DNA of 64,000 nucleotides from the NCBI GenBank assembly GCA_964523015.1, contig CAZFXN010000001.1, positions 8,976 through 72,975 on the forward strand, in the 5' to 3' direction. Made by a program: the position numbers and the translations under genes. Origin of the DNA: an uncultured Bdellovibrionales bacterium (GTDB lineage: Bacteria > Bdellovibrionota_C > UBA2361 > J135). The notes under the pieces were generated by a model. The model searched no databases, was not told the origin of the DNA, and was given only the letters and a program-made list of their open reading frames with translations. Positions 46,973 to 56,709 of the stretch are shown here, piece by piece. Numbering within the stretch: position 1 is the stretch's first letter; each line of letters begins with the position of its first letter.

Positions 46973-48142
46973 TCAAATAGTCGAACTAACTCCTAATATT
47001 TTCAATATTCCTTTATCCCACGACATACTTGTAATTGGACCAATCTCTTTTTCGAATGAATCACGACTAAGGCAGTATGCTCCAGAGTGTTTCATATCAG
47101 CAGCCAAAGTTTTAAATGATCCTAGGTCCTCTGGGTAAATTGTTCTAGCAGATTTAATTTCGACAAGAATCGGATCTTTGTTAGGCAACTCAACTATAAG
47201 ATCTATCTCAGCTCCATCTTTAGTTCGTAGATATGAGAATTTAGCTCTTTTCTTAAAATAACTGTTTAGTCGAATGAACTCAAGTATTACATGTTGCTCA
47301 AAAGTATCTCCATATAATGAAGTACTTTCATTTAGAGCTGATTCATTTGTTCTTAAAATTGCACGTGGCACACCGCAATCAAAAAAGTAAAACTTTGGTG
47401 CTTGAGTTTGCTGTTTTCTTATCGACCGACTATATGCTGGTAATATCACACCAATATACGTCTCTTCTAATATTGCAAAATACTCCTTTATGGTGTCAGG
47501 AGTAACACCAACATCCCGTCCAATACTAGAATAGTTCAATATCTTAGTATTCATTTGTGCGGCAACATCAAGAAATCTCCTAAATGGTGGCAACTGTCTT
47601 ATAAGTTGCTCAGCAACAATCTCTTCCTTTAAATAAGTATCTACGTAGGAATGAAGATACTCAATCTTTAACTCCCGACTAGTTAGCTTAGTAAGACTGG
47701 GGAGCGTTCCCCAATCTAGTGCTGACTGAAGATCAAAATCCTCTTTAAGCTCAAGATATGTTAGCGGATACAGTTCGTATAATAGCGCTCTGCCTGCAAG
47801 TAGGTTTGCATTCCCACGTTTTAATTTTCTAGAGCTAGACCCACTAAGGATAAAGATTAAATCATTCTCTTCAATGAGCAGATGCACAACATTAAGTAAG
47901 TTAGGAACTCTTTGAACTTCATCAATAATAATCAGTGATTTAGGAGGCGCTTTTCTGACTCTTTCAACTATCGAATCCGGTCTCTGGCTCAACGAATAAT
48001 ATTCATCATCATTAAGGAGATTTACGGAGAGGTAGGCCTGCGATGCAAATCTCTCCCTTAATATCGTAGATTTTCCTACGGCACGTGCTCCAAACAGGAA
48101 AAAACTACTGTCTTTTAAGGGGGTTATTAATCTATCTATCAT
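46973..48142 (-). CDS. AAA-type ATPase with DUF4143-like domain (paralog of 26233..27450)
   Basis: Walker A LFGARAVGKST and Walker B LIIIDEVQ. Confidence 0.65.
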   Translation of the reverse strand: MIDRLITPLKDSSFFLFGARAVGKSTILRERFASQAYLSVNLLNDDEYYSLSQRPDSIVERVRKAPPKSLIIIDEVQRVPNLLNVVHLLIEENDLIFILSGSSSRKLKRGNANLLAGRALLYELYPLTYLELKEDFDLQSALDWGTLPSLTKLTSRELKIEYLHSYVDTYLKEEIVAEQLIRQLPPFRRFLDVAAQMNTKILNYSSIGRDVGVTPDTIKEYFAILEETYIGVILPAYSRSIRKQQTQAPKFYFFDCGVPRAILRTNESALNESTSLYGDTFEQHVILEFIRLNSYFKKRAKFSYLRTKDGAEIDLIVELPNKDPILVEIKSARTIYPEDLGSFKTLAADMKHSGAYCLSRDSFEKEIGPITSMSWDKGILKILGVSSTI

Positions 48143-48231
48143 ACTCGTTATTTATCGCATAAATCACGAGTGTTGTCTACATAAATTCATTCAGGATTCC
48201 ATGGATGGAAAGAAGTCAACGAACTCTAAGG

Positions 48232-49533
48232 CTAAGTCCCATCATCCTCCAACACCTTATCCCCTTCTGAAACTGCAATGATAGCTGAGCCGACACTATC
48301 GCCCCAGACATTGACAGAGGTACGAACCATATCAAGCACACGATCGACGACGACAATTAGTTGGATTCCTTCTAGTGGTAAATTAACGACTCCTAAAACC
48401 ATGGTCATCATCACTAGACCTGCGCCTGGAATTCCTGCTGCGCCAATAGCTGAAAAGGTGGCGGTTATAAAGATAGCAAACTGTTGTGGGAATGTAAGAT
48501 CAACTCCATACATATTAGCGATAAAGATGGCCGCGATAGCTTCATAGATAGCTGTACCATCCATATTAGCAGTAGCGCCAAGAGGGGCTACGAATCCAGC
48601 TACCTTATTTGACACTCCTGCTCTCTTCTCTAAACAGTCAATCGTTATCGGTAAAGTCATTGAGGAGGACGCAGTCGAAAATGATGTAGATATAGCTGGG
48701 AAAAGAGCCTTAAAAAGCTTCAATGGATTAACTTTAAATACTAATGCTAGGAGTGATAAGCTGATAACACCATGAAAAAACAACCCGCATAGTACAGTTA
48801 CTGTGTAAGATCCGATATGAGTGCCTAATTCTACTAACCGGTCGTCATTGTAAAACTCTAAGGTCAGATTTGCTACTAAGGAAAAAATTCCAAATGGCGC
48901 AACATACATCACCTTATCAACCATCCAAATAATCGCCCCAAAGAGACAATCAACTAACTCTCTAACTGTATGAGTAACCTTATGTTGGGTATTTAAAATT
49001 GCTAATCCCAAAAAGATGGAGAAAAATATAAGTCCTAATATATTTCCTTTAGAAGCTGCTTCGAAGATATTTTTAGGAAAGATTCCTTTTATAACTTCAG
49101 TTAATCCTCCATGTCCCGCTACCTGCGCTACCTGCCCTACTTCTGGTATAATATTAACAGCTGCAACTAGACCCCCAGATTTTCCTGGCTCTATGATATT
49201 CACTAATATGAGTCCAGTTAGTACTGCTATGGCAGTTGTAGCAGTATAATAAACGATCGCTTTTAATCCTAACCTGCCTAAGCTTTCAGTATCTCCTAGA
49301 TTTAAGATTCCAGAGATCATTGAAACTACAACCACCGGCACAATTAGCATCATGAGAAGTCGTAAAAAGATCTCTCCTAGGATTTTTATCGAAGGAACTA
49401 GCTCTGGTAGAAAAACTCCGCCCAATGCTCCAAACAGAATTGAAAGCATCATTAGGGTGTTAAGATGTCCTTTGTAAAAGGTAAATATCTTTTGAATAAA
49501 AGATTTATGCAAAATTCCCCTGATTCGCAGCAA
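48232..49533 (-). CDS. dicarboxylate/amino acid:cation symporter (DAACS/GltP family)
   Basis: 8-10 TM helices with characteristic reentrant-loop-like motifs (SSS..TLP, AxxxxGxPGAG). Confidence 0.75.
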   Translation of the reverse strand: MLRIRGILHKSFIQKIFTFYKGHLNTLMMLSILFGALGGVFLPELVPSIKILGEIFLRLLMMLIVPVVVVSMISGILNLGDTESLGRLGLKAIVYYTATTAIAVLTGLILVNIIEPGKSGGLVAAVNIIPEVGQVAQVAGHGGLTEVIKGIFPKNIFEAASKGNILGLIFFSIFLGLAILNTQHKVTHTVRELVDCLFGAIIWMVDKVMYVAPFGIFSLVANLTLEFYNDDRLVELGTHIGSYTVTVLCGLFFHGVISLSLLALVFKVNPLKLFKALFPAISTSFSTASSSMTLPITIDCLEKRAGVSNKVAGFVAPLGATANMDGTAIYEAIAAIFIANMYGVDLTFPQQFAIFITATFSAIGAAGIPGAGLVMMTMVLGVVNLPLEGIQLIVVVDRVLDMVRTSVNVWGDSVGSAIIAVSEGDKVLEDDGT

Positions 49534-50314
49534 AGAGCGAAAGCTGTGAAGATGGAATTCCTAAGAAAAGCATAATTTCCTTTATTACCTCATGCACTTC
49601 ATCAGGCCAACTTTGCGGATCAAGGATATCAAGGTTTACGCTTAGCGGTGCAATATCTAAAGAGAGAACTTCATTTCTCTCTGGATGAGCCACATTTAAA
49701 AGTTTTGTTTTGGGCTCCCAGGCAAATCGAGCAACAGTACCAGATGACTTCTTTACCCCTGTCTCAAAGCTTTCTGCTAAAAAATCCCTGCCACTGATTA
49801 TAGTTAAATCAGGATTTGCTTGTTTTGCAAAAGTTTCTCCTACTTTGATCATTCTAGCGGCTGATAAAAATAGATTTCTTAAATTCTGCTCATTTCCAGG
49901 TAACCGAAGCCCCCCTTCAACAGTACCGTATCTATTTTTAAGAGAGCTTCGACACAGCCAAAGAATATTTTCCCCCTCAAATGTAACATCGGAGATATTT
50001 CTAAGCTCAAAACCCTGGGCCCACCTAAATGTGGAATCTAAATCTTTAGAGGTAACATATGATGAAATGTAGTTGATCGATATCTCAGTATTCTCTGACA
50101 AATCTTCTGCTTCTTTTTTACAACCAAAGCACTCTCCAAATCTCCTCTTTAATCCACTTTCTGGAACAACTCGTCGATCACAAACTGTAAAACAACCATT
50201 GCAGGAGAGCGAAGTGACAACATGGCCAAAATCAGAGACATAACTAGCTAGCAGAGATATCAGTGGTGTTTCAGGAGAGGCCAAACTATACGGATTAAAT
50301 AATGCTATCTTCAT
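49505..50314 (-). CDS. hypothetical Cys-rich protein
   Basis: CNGCFTVCDRR...FGECFGCKK paired CxxC motifs (Zn-ribbon-like). Overlaps the transporter gene by 29 nt. Confidence 0.45.
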   Translation of the reverse strand: MKIALFNPYSLASPETPLISLLASYVSDFGHVVTSLSCNGCFTVCDRRVVPESGLKRRFGECFGCKKEAEDLSENTEISINYISSYVTSKDLDSTFRWAQGFELRNISDVTFEGENILWLCRSSLKNRYGTVEGGLRLPGNEQNLRNLFLSAARMIKVGETFAKQANPDLTIISGRDFLAESFETGVKKSSGTVARFAWEPKTKLLNVAHPERNEVLSLDIAPLSVNLDILDPQSWPDEVHEVIKEIMLFLGIPSSQLSLFAANQGNFA

Positions 50315-51057
50315 ATTGCCTGCACTGAGGTAATTTTTGACGTGTTAGTATCCCTATAAATTAAATAATACGATATTGAGTCTGTCGGGAGATAATCTGT
50401 TGTGACAGAGAGAGATTTCATAAGGCCCCAGCTCATCTCTTGAGGGTATAGGTTTGTAAAAGTGGCTCCTTCTAATTTTCGCTCAACTACAGAGGCTGGT
50501 GGAACCTGTCCAAGAGGCACAATTGATTTTACCACCTCTCCGCCTTTACTCTCTTTTATATAGATACCGGGACGAAGCTCAGACTGAGTTCCATTCACTA
50601 TAACTATTGATGGAGTCACTGAAGCATCTTTCATCAGTAAATGAGGAGTCGGTGTTGTTAATGGTGGAGTTACGTTCCCTTGTACCTCATCTTGCATGAT
50701 CATTTTGCGAGGTGCAAATTTTAAAGGTCTTTCAATATTAGAAAACTCAATTACACATTGAGAGGCTGAAACATCAGACCGTGTTTGACTTGAGTAGACA
50801 TCTACCTCAAGAGCAACCATATTTGTAGGATCAGCTGATTCTAACGGGAAAAGTGATGCTATTCTGACACCATCTGGATGAAATAATCGGGCCCCATCAA
50901 TCGCAAGACGAGATCTTTCAACGCCACGTCCATATACAGTAAATGCCATTTCAACTGGATATGGTGTTGCTGCTCCTGGGGTAGCTGGCAGGAAATGTAC
51001 TGTGGTCTCAGCCGCACTCTCAGGATTTGCAAAAACTAGCCAACGAACAGCCTTCAT
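50311..51057 (-). CDS. hypothetical protein
   Basis: 248-aa ORF. ATGA overlap with the downstream gene. Confidence 0.45.
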   Translation of the reverse strand: MKAVRWLVFANPESAAETTVHFLPATPGAATPYPVEMAFTVYGRGVERSRLAIDGARLFHPDGVRIASLFPLESADPTNMVALEVDVYSSQTRSDVSASQCVIEFSNIERPLKFAPRKMIMQDEVQGNVTPPLTTPTPHLLMKDASVTPSIVIVNGTQSELRPGIYIKESKGGEVVKSIVPLGQVPPASVVERKLEGATFTNLYPQEMSWGLMKSLSVTTDYLPTDSISYYLIYRDTNTSKITSVQAI

Positions 51058-51070
51058 TAAGATATCCTAT

Positions 51071-51733
51071 TTAATTCACCATAATATAATTACACCCATT
51101 TTCTGTCGCATATTGTTCAAACATGCCAACTGCCAAAGCGTTCTCCGTTTTACAACGTGTCCTTACATATGAAGAGATTCTCTGCTTCATACTCAAATCT
51201 GTAATTTCATCAAATTCAGCTTCAACGCTTATCAGTTTTGTAGTGTAAGGTTTCAGCTCATAGTTATTTTCCGGAGCTCTATTTGGAGCAATCAGTCTTA
51301 CAATCGCTTCAATGGGATTTTCTGTTGGATTTGAAAGAATGAGATATGAGCTAATAGATCTTGAAAACAACTTTGGAAAGAATGCTGGCTCTAATGTTGA
51401 CACCTTTCTAAGTGGTCCAGCAAAAAAAGTATTAAAGGCCGATTTAAGGCGAACACCAACCGCACATGAGTCAGGCATGGTTAACGACATTAACGAATGC
51501 CTAAATCCTAAATCAGGTAAAAGCTCCCCTATTAAATTATCAAGCTCAACTGAGAGCGCCTTGCCTGGATCGATTCCAATAGAGAGCTCCTTAAAGAGCT
51601 CTCCCTTAGGAGAATACAACTTTAAAAGGTACTCAGCTGCGCTACCTTGCTTAATGCCATCCTCATTTCCAGAGAGATGCAGTGTAGAGCTTAGGTCTCC
51701 ACCACAGGGCCCCCAATAATTAAGTGTCTTCAC
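51071..51733 (-). CDS. hypothetical protein
   Basis: 220-aa ORF, first gene of a 4-gene minus-strand operon. Confidence 0.45.
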   Translation of the reverse strand: MKTLNYWGPCGGDLSSTLHLSGNEDGIKQGSAAEYLLKLYSPKGELFKELSIGIDPGKALSVELDNLIGELLPDLGFRHSLMSLTMPDSCAVGVRLKSAFNTFFAGPLRKVSTLEPAFFPKLFSRSISSYLILSNPTENPIEAIVRLIAPNRAPENNYELKPYTTKLISVEAEFDEITDLSMKQRISSYVRTRCKTENALAVGMFEQYATENGCNYIMVN

Positions 51734-51945
51734 TTAACAGTTCCATATTACTAAAAAATGTTTAAAAAAATGGTAACAGAATAACCGCGTTTGGCCTAGA
51801 GTATATTTAAGTTAGTTAAACTACTCTTATCCCCTACTACTAATTCAGAGAAATTTCATACTCTTGGAAGATCCGATATCAGTTGTAAAATGTTTGAGAC
51901 AAGTACTGTATATGCCCCTTTAAGGGGCCCCCAAGCGAAGCTTGG

Positions 51946-52015
51946 GTGGGGAGGCTCTTTAGCACGAAGTGCAATAAGAGCCTAACATTGCTGACGCTAG
52001 CTAGCGTAGCGTCAG
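51946..52015 (+). repeat. copy B of the conserved structured element
   Basis: gtggggAGGCTCTTtagcacgaagtgcaatAAGAGCCTAACATTGCtgacgcta..tagcgtcag. Preceded by two more hairpins (gcccctttaaggggc; cccaagcGAAgcttggg). Confidence 0.6.
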
Positions 52016-52213
52016 ATTCAACATTAAGATAAACAGCAGTTGTCATAAGTAAAAAAGTAAAGCCGGTAGGCTTTTCAAGAAAGCTTTACAACAAATTCTA
52101 CTTACCAAACCCACATATTTTCATCTCAATCTCTATGACAACTGATATAACTCTTTAATCAAATCGGCAACTTGCCGATAAACATAATAACGACAAGCCA
52201 TTAGAAAGGTAAA

Positions 52214-52528
52214 ATGGTAACGATTAGTGAACCAGTAATGAAGCGGATCTATCTCACCGCTGGTGTTGCAGCGATTATTGCGCTTACTGGGATTGTGCTA
52301 TTGATCACTTTGGCAGCGATATTTCCTGATAAGTTTGAGTCTTTAGGTATTACCATCTTTCATAATCGACAGACTGGCGTATTTGCTGACTGCTTCTCTG
52401 CGGCCGGCGAACATGTCCCTGCATGTAAGCTAGAGAAACAAAAAGCAAGCCAAAAGCGGAGCCTTGATGCCGCTCCAGACCCAAAAAGTATAAGAAAACC
52501 AAGGTTTACACCCTTCACATTTGATTAG
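52214..52528 (+). CDS. small membrane protein
   Basis: N-terminal TM helix LTAGVAAIIALTGIVLLITLAAIF. Confidence 0.35.
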   Translation: MVTISEPVMKRIYLTAGVAAIIALTGIVLLITLAAIFPDKFESLGITIFHNRQTGVFADCFSAAGEHVPACKLEKQKASQKRSLDAAPDPKSIRKPRFTPFTFD

Positions 52529-52695
52529 CCATTATCTCCGCTTAGTGATCAGATCATAAATTTTTTCTATACATTTTTGCTATCCATTTTTTCTATGCAT
52601 TTTTTCTTTGATAATGGTTTCTCTTCTTGATACTCTTTCATTTCACTAAAGAATTAAGCTAAAAAATCAAGATTGAACAATTCGAAAGAGGAATC

Positions 52696-53055
52696 ATGTT
52701 AAATTCGACGCATAAGCAATCTCTTAGATCTCTTGGAAGTCTAAGCGAGAGAATAGACCATGAGATATTAAGCCTACTCGGTGTGCGTAGAGAGGTGACA
52801 GCTCTAATTGGCGTTGTAAAAGCTGACTCTGGCCTTCCAATAAAAAACAAAAAGAGTGAAACTCAAATCTTAAGCCGTGCCACTAAAATTGCTAAGAAAC
52901 ACGGACTTGATCCAAAAACGATTTCATCAATCTATCAATCAGTTCTTAAAGATGCCTTCTTTTTACAGAAAGGGATTAAGAAAACATTAGATAGTCTTAG
53001 GACAAGCTCAGTAAAAACCCCTCGAAAAACTACCAAGAGATCTCGTCGCAGATAG
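52696..53055 (+). CDS. chorismate mutase-like (AroQ class) protein
   Basis: LRSLGSLSERIDHEILSLLGVRREVTALIGVVK...KHGLDPKTISSIYQSVL fits the AroQ helical pattern (R..ID.iD..ll.LL..R..l...vg.K). Confidence 0.45.
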   Translation: MLNSTHKQSLRSLGSLSERIDHEILSLLGVRREVTALIGVVKADSGLPIKNKKSETQILSRATKIAKKHGLDPKTISSIYQSVLKDAFFLQKGIKKTLDSLRTSSVKTPRKTTKRSRRR

Positions 53056-53068
53056 ATCAGGTTATCCT

Positions 53069-53914
53069 TTATTTTAGTGCGACAGGTGGCTCAACTTTTG
53101 TTGAAGCATCACTGCTTACGTGACCATGTTTTTTACTCTTACTAATATCCCAGTTATCAATAATTTTTGGCTGAACATGTGGTCGATTGGATACATATCC
53201 CTGATCATCATCTTGCGAAGATGCAAATCTAGTTTGAAACATAGTTAAAGGAACTGAGTATTGAGCTAAATGTTTAACAGGAATCCGCTCAAGACTTGAT
53301 GGCATACTGCCACCACGTAAAAGCTTTGCTACTTCATAGTTCTTAGAAACTTCAACTGACCCGCTTGAAAGAATCATTGATGAAGCTGGATCAATTAACC
53401 TGACATTTACATACACAGTCTCAGGTGAAGCGATGTAAGTCCCAGCTAAGATAGCTGCTAAGTCATGTGATTTTCGTATAGATCCAACATCTCTTGATAG
53501 AGAAAATTCTCCAGCATCTGATAAGAACCTTAGAGCGTCCCCTTGACGCAACTCAATTACATCATATCCGCGCATTACTAATTCACTGATCAACTGTTCA
53601 GCGAATATACGTCCAAATGCAGATGTAGAATATAAATCGTTAAGGTTAACCATTGTGGTTACGCCAATTGGCCCTGAGGATGTTCCACGATAGTAGTAAT
53701 CAATCTGGTCAGCTATGTAAGAGGTCTTAAAGCTCCCCACTCCAAAGTTGTGTGGATTCCCCATATTAACTGGCATATAGGAGGGAACATCGTGATATCG
53801 CTTGCTGCACCCTGACATTGAGACGATAGCCCAAATAAGGATTGTAAGACTTATCGATTGGCCCAATAATTGTATCCAATCTACTTTAGATTTAGCTTTA
53901 TTTTTATCTTCCAT
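53069..53914 (-). CDS. CsgG/LpoB-fold-like lipoprotein
   Basis: Lipobox VSMSGC. Alternating pattern similar to CsgG (IGVTTMVNLND; ILAGTYIASPETVYVNVRLIDPASSMILSS). Confidence 0.4.
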   Translation of the reverse strand: MEDKNKAKSKVDWIQLLGQSISLTILIWAIVSMSGCSKRYHDVPSYMPVNMGNPHNFGVGSFKTSYIADQIDYYYRGTSSGPIGVTTMVNLNDLYSTSAFGRIFAEQLISELVMRGYDVIELRQGDALRFLSDAGEFSLSRDVGSIRKSHDLAAILAGTYIASPETVYVNVRLIDPASSMILSSGSVEVSKNYEVAKLLRGGSMPSSLERIPVKHLAQYSVPLTMFQTRFASSQDDDQGYVSNRPHVQPKIIDNWDISKSKKHGHVSSDASTKVEPPVALK

Positions 53915-53944
53915 GACTAACCCTGTGATTTAATGAGGTGTTAA

Positions 53945-54658
53945 ATGAGGCATCCGTTCAAAATACTTACTTTGTCTGTCAATCTCTTGACACTTACCGC
54001 TACTCTCGTATTAGCAAGTGGATGCACCACAACACTGAAACATAAGGAGTCGTGCAATTTGCGTGCTTACTTGAATAATGATCTTGAGGAATACATAACT
54101 ACCCGATTTGATTCAAAAGCACCGGTTCGTATGGCCATAGTCCCATTTTCCACACCGGCAAATCTTTCCTGGACCAGTGGAGAGAATCAAGGATTAGGGA
54201 GAGAACTTGCCTGGCGAATTCATAGTGAATTTTTGACGAATTCTACTTTGCCGATCGTGGAAGTTTTTAATCGTGAGGACTGGCCTGGTAAGAAAGAGGA
54301 GTTTTTTGGTGGCAATTTTGGTGCAATAGCTCAAGCACGTGAAGCTGGGTATGACTTTATAATGGTTGGGTTAGTTGAGCCAATGAAGGGCATGGGCACT
54401 CTTACTATGCATTCTAAAATAATCGATGCCGATGCCGGCATTACAGTTTGGTATGGCACAACCAATGTAAAATCAGAAAAATCAAAGATTGATAAAAGTC
54501 CGCTTTACCGTTTTGGTCCTGAAATCAGGCCCGATCTACTTTACTTTGATGAGATGGTCTCAATGGCCGCAAGCTGCACCGTTGATAAGATTACTCAGAT
54601 TGAATACGTTAAGACCCCACCTGCTATGACTCCGCAACGGGCGCAGTTTGGGAAGTGA
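53945..54658 (+). CDS. CsgG/LpoB-fold-like lipoprotein (divergent paralog)
   Basis: Lipobox LASGC. VRMAIVPFSTP...IMVGLVE...TLTMHSKIIDADAGITVWYG. Confidence 0.4.
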   Translation: MRHPFKILTLSVNLLTLTATLVLASGCTTTLKHKESCNLRAYLNNDLEEYITTRFDSKAPVRMAIVPFSTPANLSWTSGENQGLGRELAWRIHSEFLTNSTLPIVEVFNREDWPGKKEEFFGGNFGAIAQAREAGYDFIMVGLVEPMKGMGTLTMHSKIIDADAGITVWYGTTNVKSEKSKIDKSPLYRFGPEIRPDLLYFDEMVSMAASCTVDKITQIEYVKTPPAMTPQRAQFGK

Positions 54659-54777
54659 CCTAATCCAGAATCCTGCTTAAAGGCGAGCATACTATTTCTA
54701 CTTTCAACGTTGAAAGTAAAAGATTGGAAATTTTGTTAGTGTCGCTATTTCCGGACAACTACCAATCAAAAGTCGAA

Positions 54778-55176
54778 CTACAAAGCTTTTAGTAACTTTT
54801 CTATATCTTTTAGTCCAGTATTCAAAACTTGAATGACCTTTGAATAATCGATTTTTGAGTAACCGTGAGTTAAAACATTTCTAAAGCCGACCATCTTTAG
54901 TAAATTATCACAAAGCTTGTCATCAATAACTTTATTATCACGAAGGATAACGATAGCTTCATGCATAGATGCTGGGCGCTGAAATTCTTTCAGATGACAA
55001 TATGATTCGGCAAGATCAATTGCAGCTTGGGTAACCAAAAAAAGAGAACGCTCAACTGCCAGTCGCTTTTCATCATTAGCAAGTAAAAGCTTTTCAGTGA
55101 TACTTGAATACCGCCGTGCCTGCTTAAGAAACTTCTTAACAAGTTGAATTTTTGATTCTAAGTCTCTCTTAGTCAT
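54778..55176 (-). CDS. hepT: HepT-like HEPN toxin (DUF86)
   Basis: C-terminal R-x4-H motif FRNVLTHGY. Immediately downstream of an MntA-like gene. Confidence 0.75.
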   Translation of the reverse strand: MTKRDLESKIQLVKKFLKQARRYSSITEKLLLANDEKRLAVERSLFLVTQAAIDLAESYCHLKEFQRPASMHEAIVILRDNKVIDDKLCDNLLKMVGFRNVLTHGYSKIDYSKVIQVLNTGLKDIEKLLKAL

Positions 55177-55180
55177 AGAA

Positions 55181-55582
55181 CTAATCTTTATAATACTGAC
55201 TCTCTAGTATCCGAAAATCTCGATATTCTCCGATGATAGCTAATTCAACGTCAAGTCTTACCTTTGAAACTTCGTATATAACCACTCCGTCTCGAACGAT
55301 ATTGTACTTTAAGATGATGCTATCTAAATGGTTTAAAATAACGACATCCACTTTGTCGGTATTTAAAATAACCGGTATCTGTCCCATTAAAGTAAGCAAC
55401 AAATCAAAGGCTGCGTCTCTTTTTTTAGGATCAATATAAACAGCAAAGTCATAGTCACTATTCTTTCCCGATTTGCCGGTTGCGCGGGAGCCAAAAAGAT
55501 AAACGAGCTTGATTGCTTTATATTTCTGAAAGAGGGCATTCAGTTTGGTTTTGGTGCTTTTATTAAATTTTTTAGTGCTCAT
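55181..55582 (-). CDS. mntA: MntA-like minimal nucleotidyltransferase antitoxin
   Basis: GSRATG...DYDFAVYI (GS-x9-13-DxD). Confidence 0.75.
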   Translation of the reverse strand: MSTKKFNKSTKTKLNALFQKYKAIKLVYLFGSRATGKSGKNSDYDFAVYIDPKKRDAAFDLLLTLMGQIPVILNTDKVDVVILNHLDSIILKYNIVRDGVVIYEVSKVRLDVELAIIGEYRDFRILESQYYKD

Positions 55583-55656
55583 ATTAATTACTTTGCTACA
55601 TTACTCAACTACACTACCCTACTACATTACCCTACTACATTACTCCACCATCCAAA

Positions 55657-56694
55657 TTACTCCACCATCCAACTCCAGGCGTGACCTCTGCGAGTTACCT
55701 GGCGAATTTCAGCGCGAGCTGTGCGAATCTGTTCAATGCTTGAGTAACCCAGATCTTCCCAAAGCTGATCTGGAATATCAGATAAATTACCACCTCGGAT
55801 CTGCTCTAACATAAGCAATGCGGTACGCCAGCGTTTCTGATCATCAGTTAACTCATCAACTGAGATAAGATCCTCTCCTGCTACGGCCATAATTCCATAA
55901 GCGCCATCTCTCCCGCATCCACTAGCGATAAGCATCATGGCACTAACTTGAAGAGGCTCTGAACGATAAACTTCCCGACCAATTCTTTGTATTGATCCAC
56001 CTTCAGCAATTTTATCAATCGTATCTTTTGCTTGTTCAAGGGTACCGGTCGCTATTTGAATTGCTAATCCTACACGCCCAGCAAAGCCAGCTAACATACC
56101 TCTCCCTGGTCCAAACCCTTTTAAGTGTCTCCCTAATGAGTACCCTATTCGGGTCCTTAAAAGAGCCTCTTCCAAAATTGGGTGCCAAATTCTCTCAAAC
56201 TGTTTAGTTTTTAACTTTCGACCAATGGCATGAATAATTGCACAGGCACAAAATACATCTGGGGGTAATACTCTAACAGCCTCTTGTGGGTCAGTGATCT
56301 CTGCCCCTCTCTCAATAATATCTGGATCCTGCGCAGTAAGTATTAATAACTTTCTAAGCGCAAAAACCATCCCAAGATCAAATGATTTAATTTTACCTGC
56401 CCTACCAAGGGTGTGATTTACAATTCGCCAGATATACCAAGGAACTGGCTTAAACTGCTCAACAGTTAATCTTGAATTCTTCCAATTCTGTTTATGATCA
56501 TGACTTGAGATATAACTAGCAGCTTTCTCTTCAGCTTCTTCAAGTTCCTTTCTAATATTCTTTTCAATCTCTGTTTCTTCATCGATTGGGCTAACAGAGG
56601 AGGTATAAGTCACTTCAAACGCAGTTTTTTTAGGCCTCTCCTTTTTCGGATCTTTTTTTGGATTTTTTGATTGGGATTTTGTCTGCTCTACCAT
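55657..56694 (-). CDS. hypothetical protein (weak HDOD-like pattern)
   Basis: 345-aa ORF with a Lys-rich N-terminus. CACAIIHAIGRKL weakly resembles the HDOD core. Confidence 0.35.
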   Translation of the reverse strand: MVEQTKSQSKNPKKDPKKERPKKTAFEVTYTSSVSPIDEETEIEKNIRKELEEAEEKAASYISSHDHKQNWKNSRLTVEQFKPVPWYIWRIVNHTLGRAGKIKSFDLGMVFALRKLLILTAQDPDIIERGAEITDPQEAVRVLPPDVFCACAIIHAIGRKLKTKQFERIWHPILEEALLRTRIGYSLGRHLKGFGPGRGMLAGFAGRVGLAIQIATGTLEQAKDTIDKIAEGGSIQRIGREVYRSEPLQVSAMMLIASGCGRDGAYGIMAVAGEDLISVDELTDDQKRWRTALLMLEQIRGGNLSDIPDQLWEDLGYSSIEQIRTARAEIRQVTRRGHAWSWMVE

Positions 56695-56709
56695 AAGTTT
56701 TTGATACCT

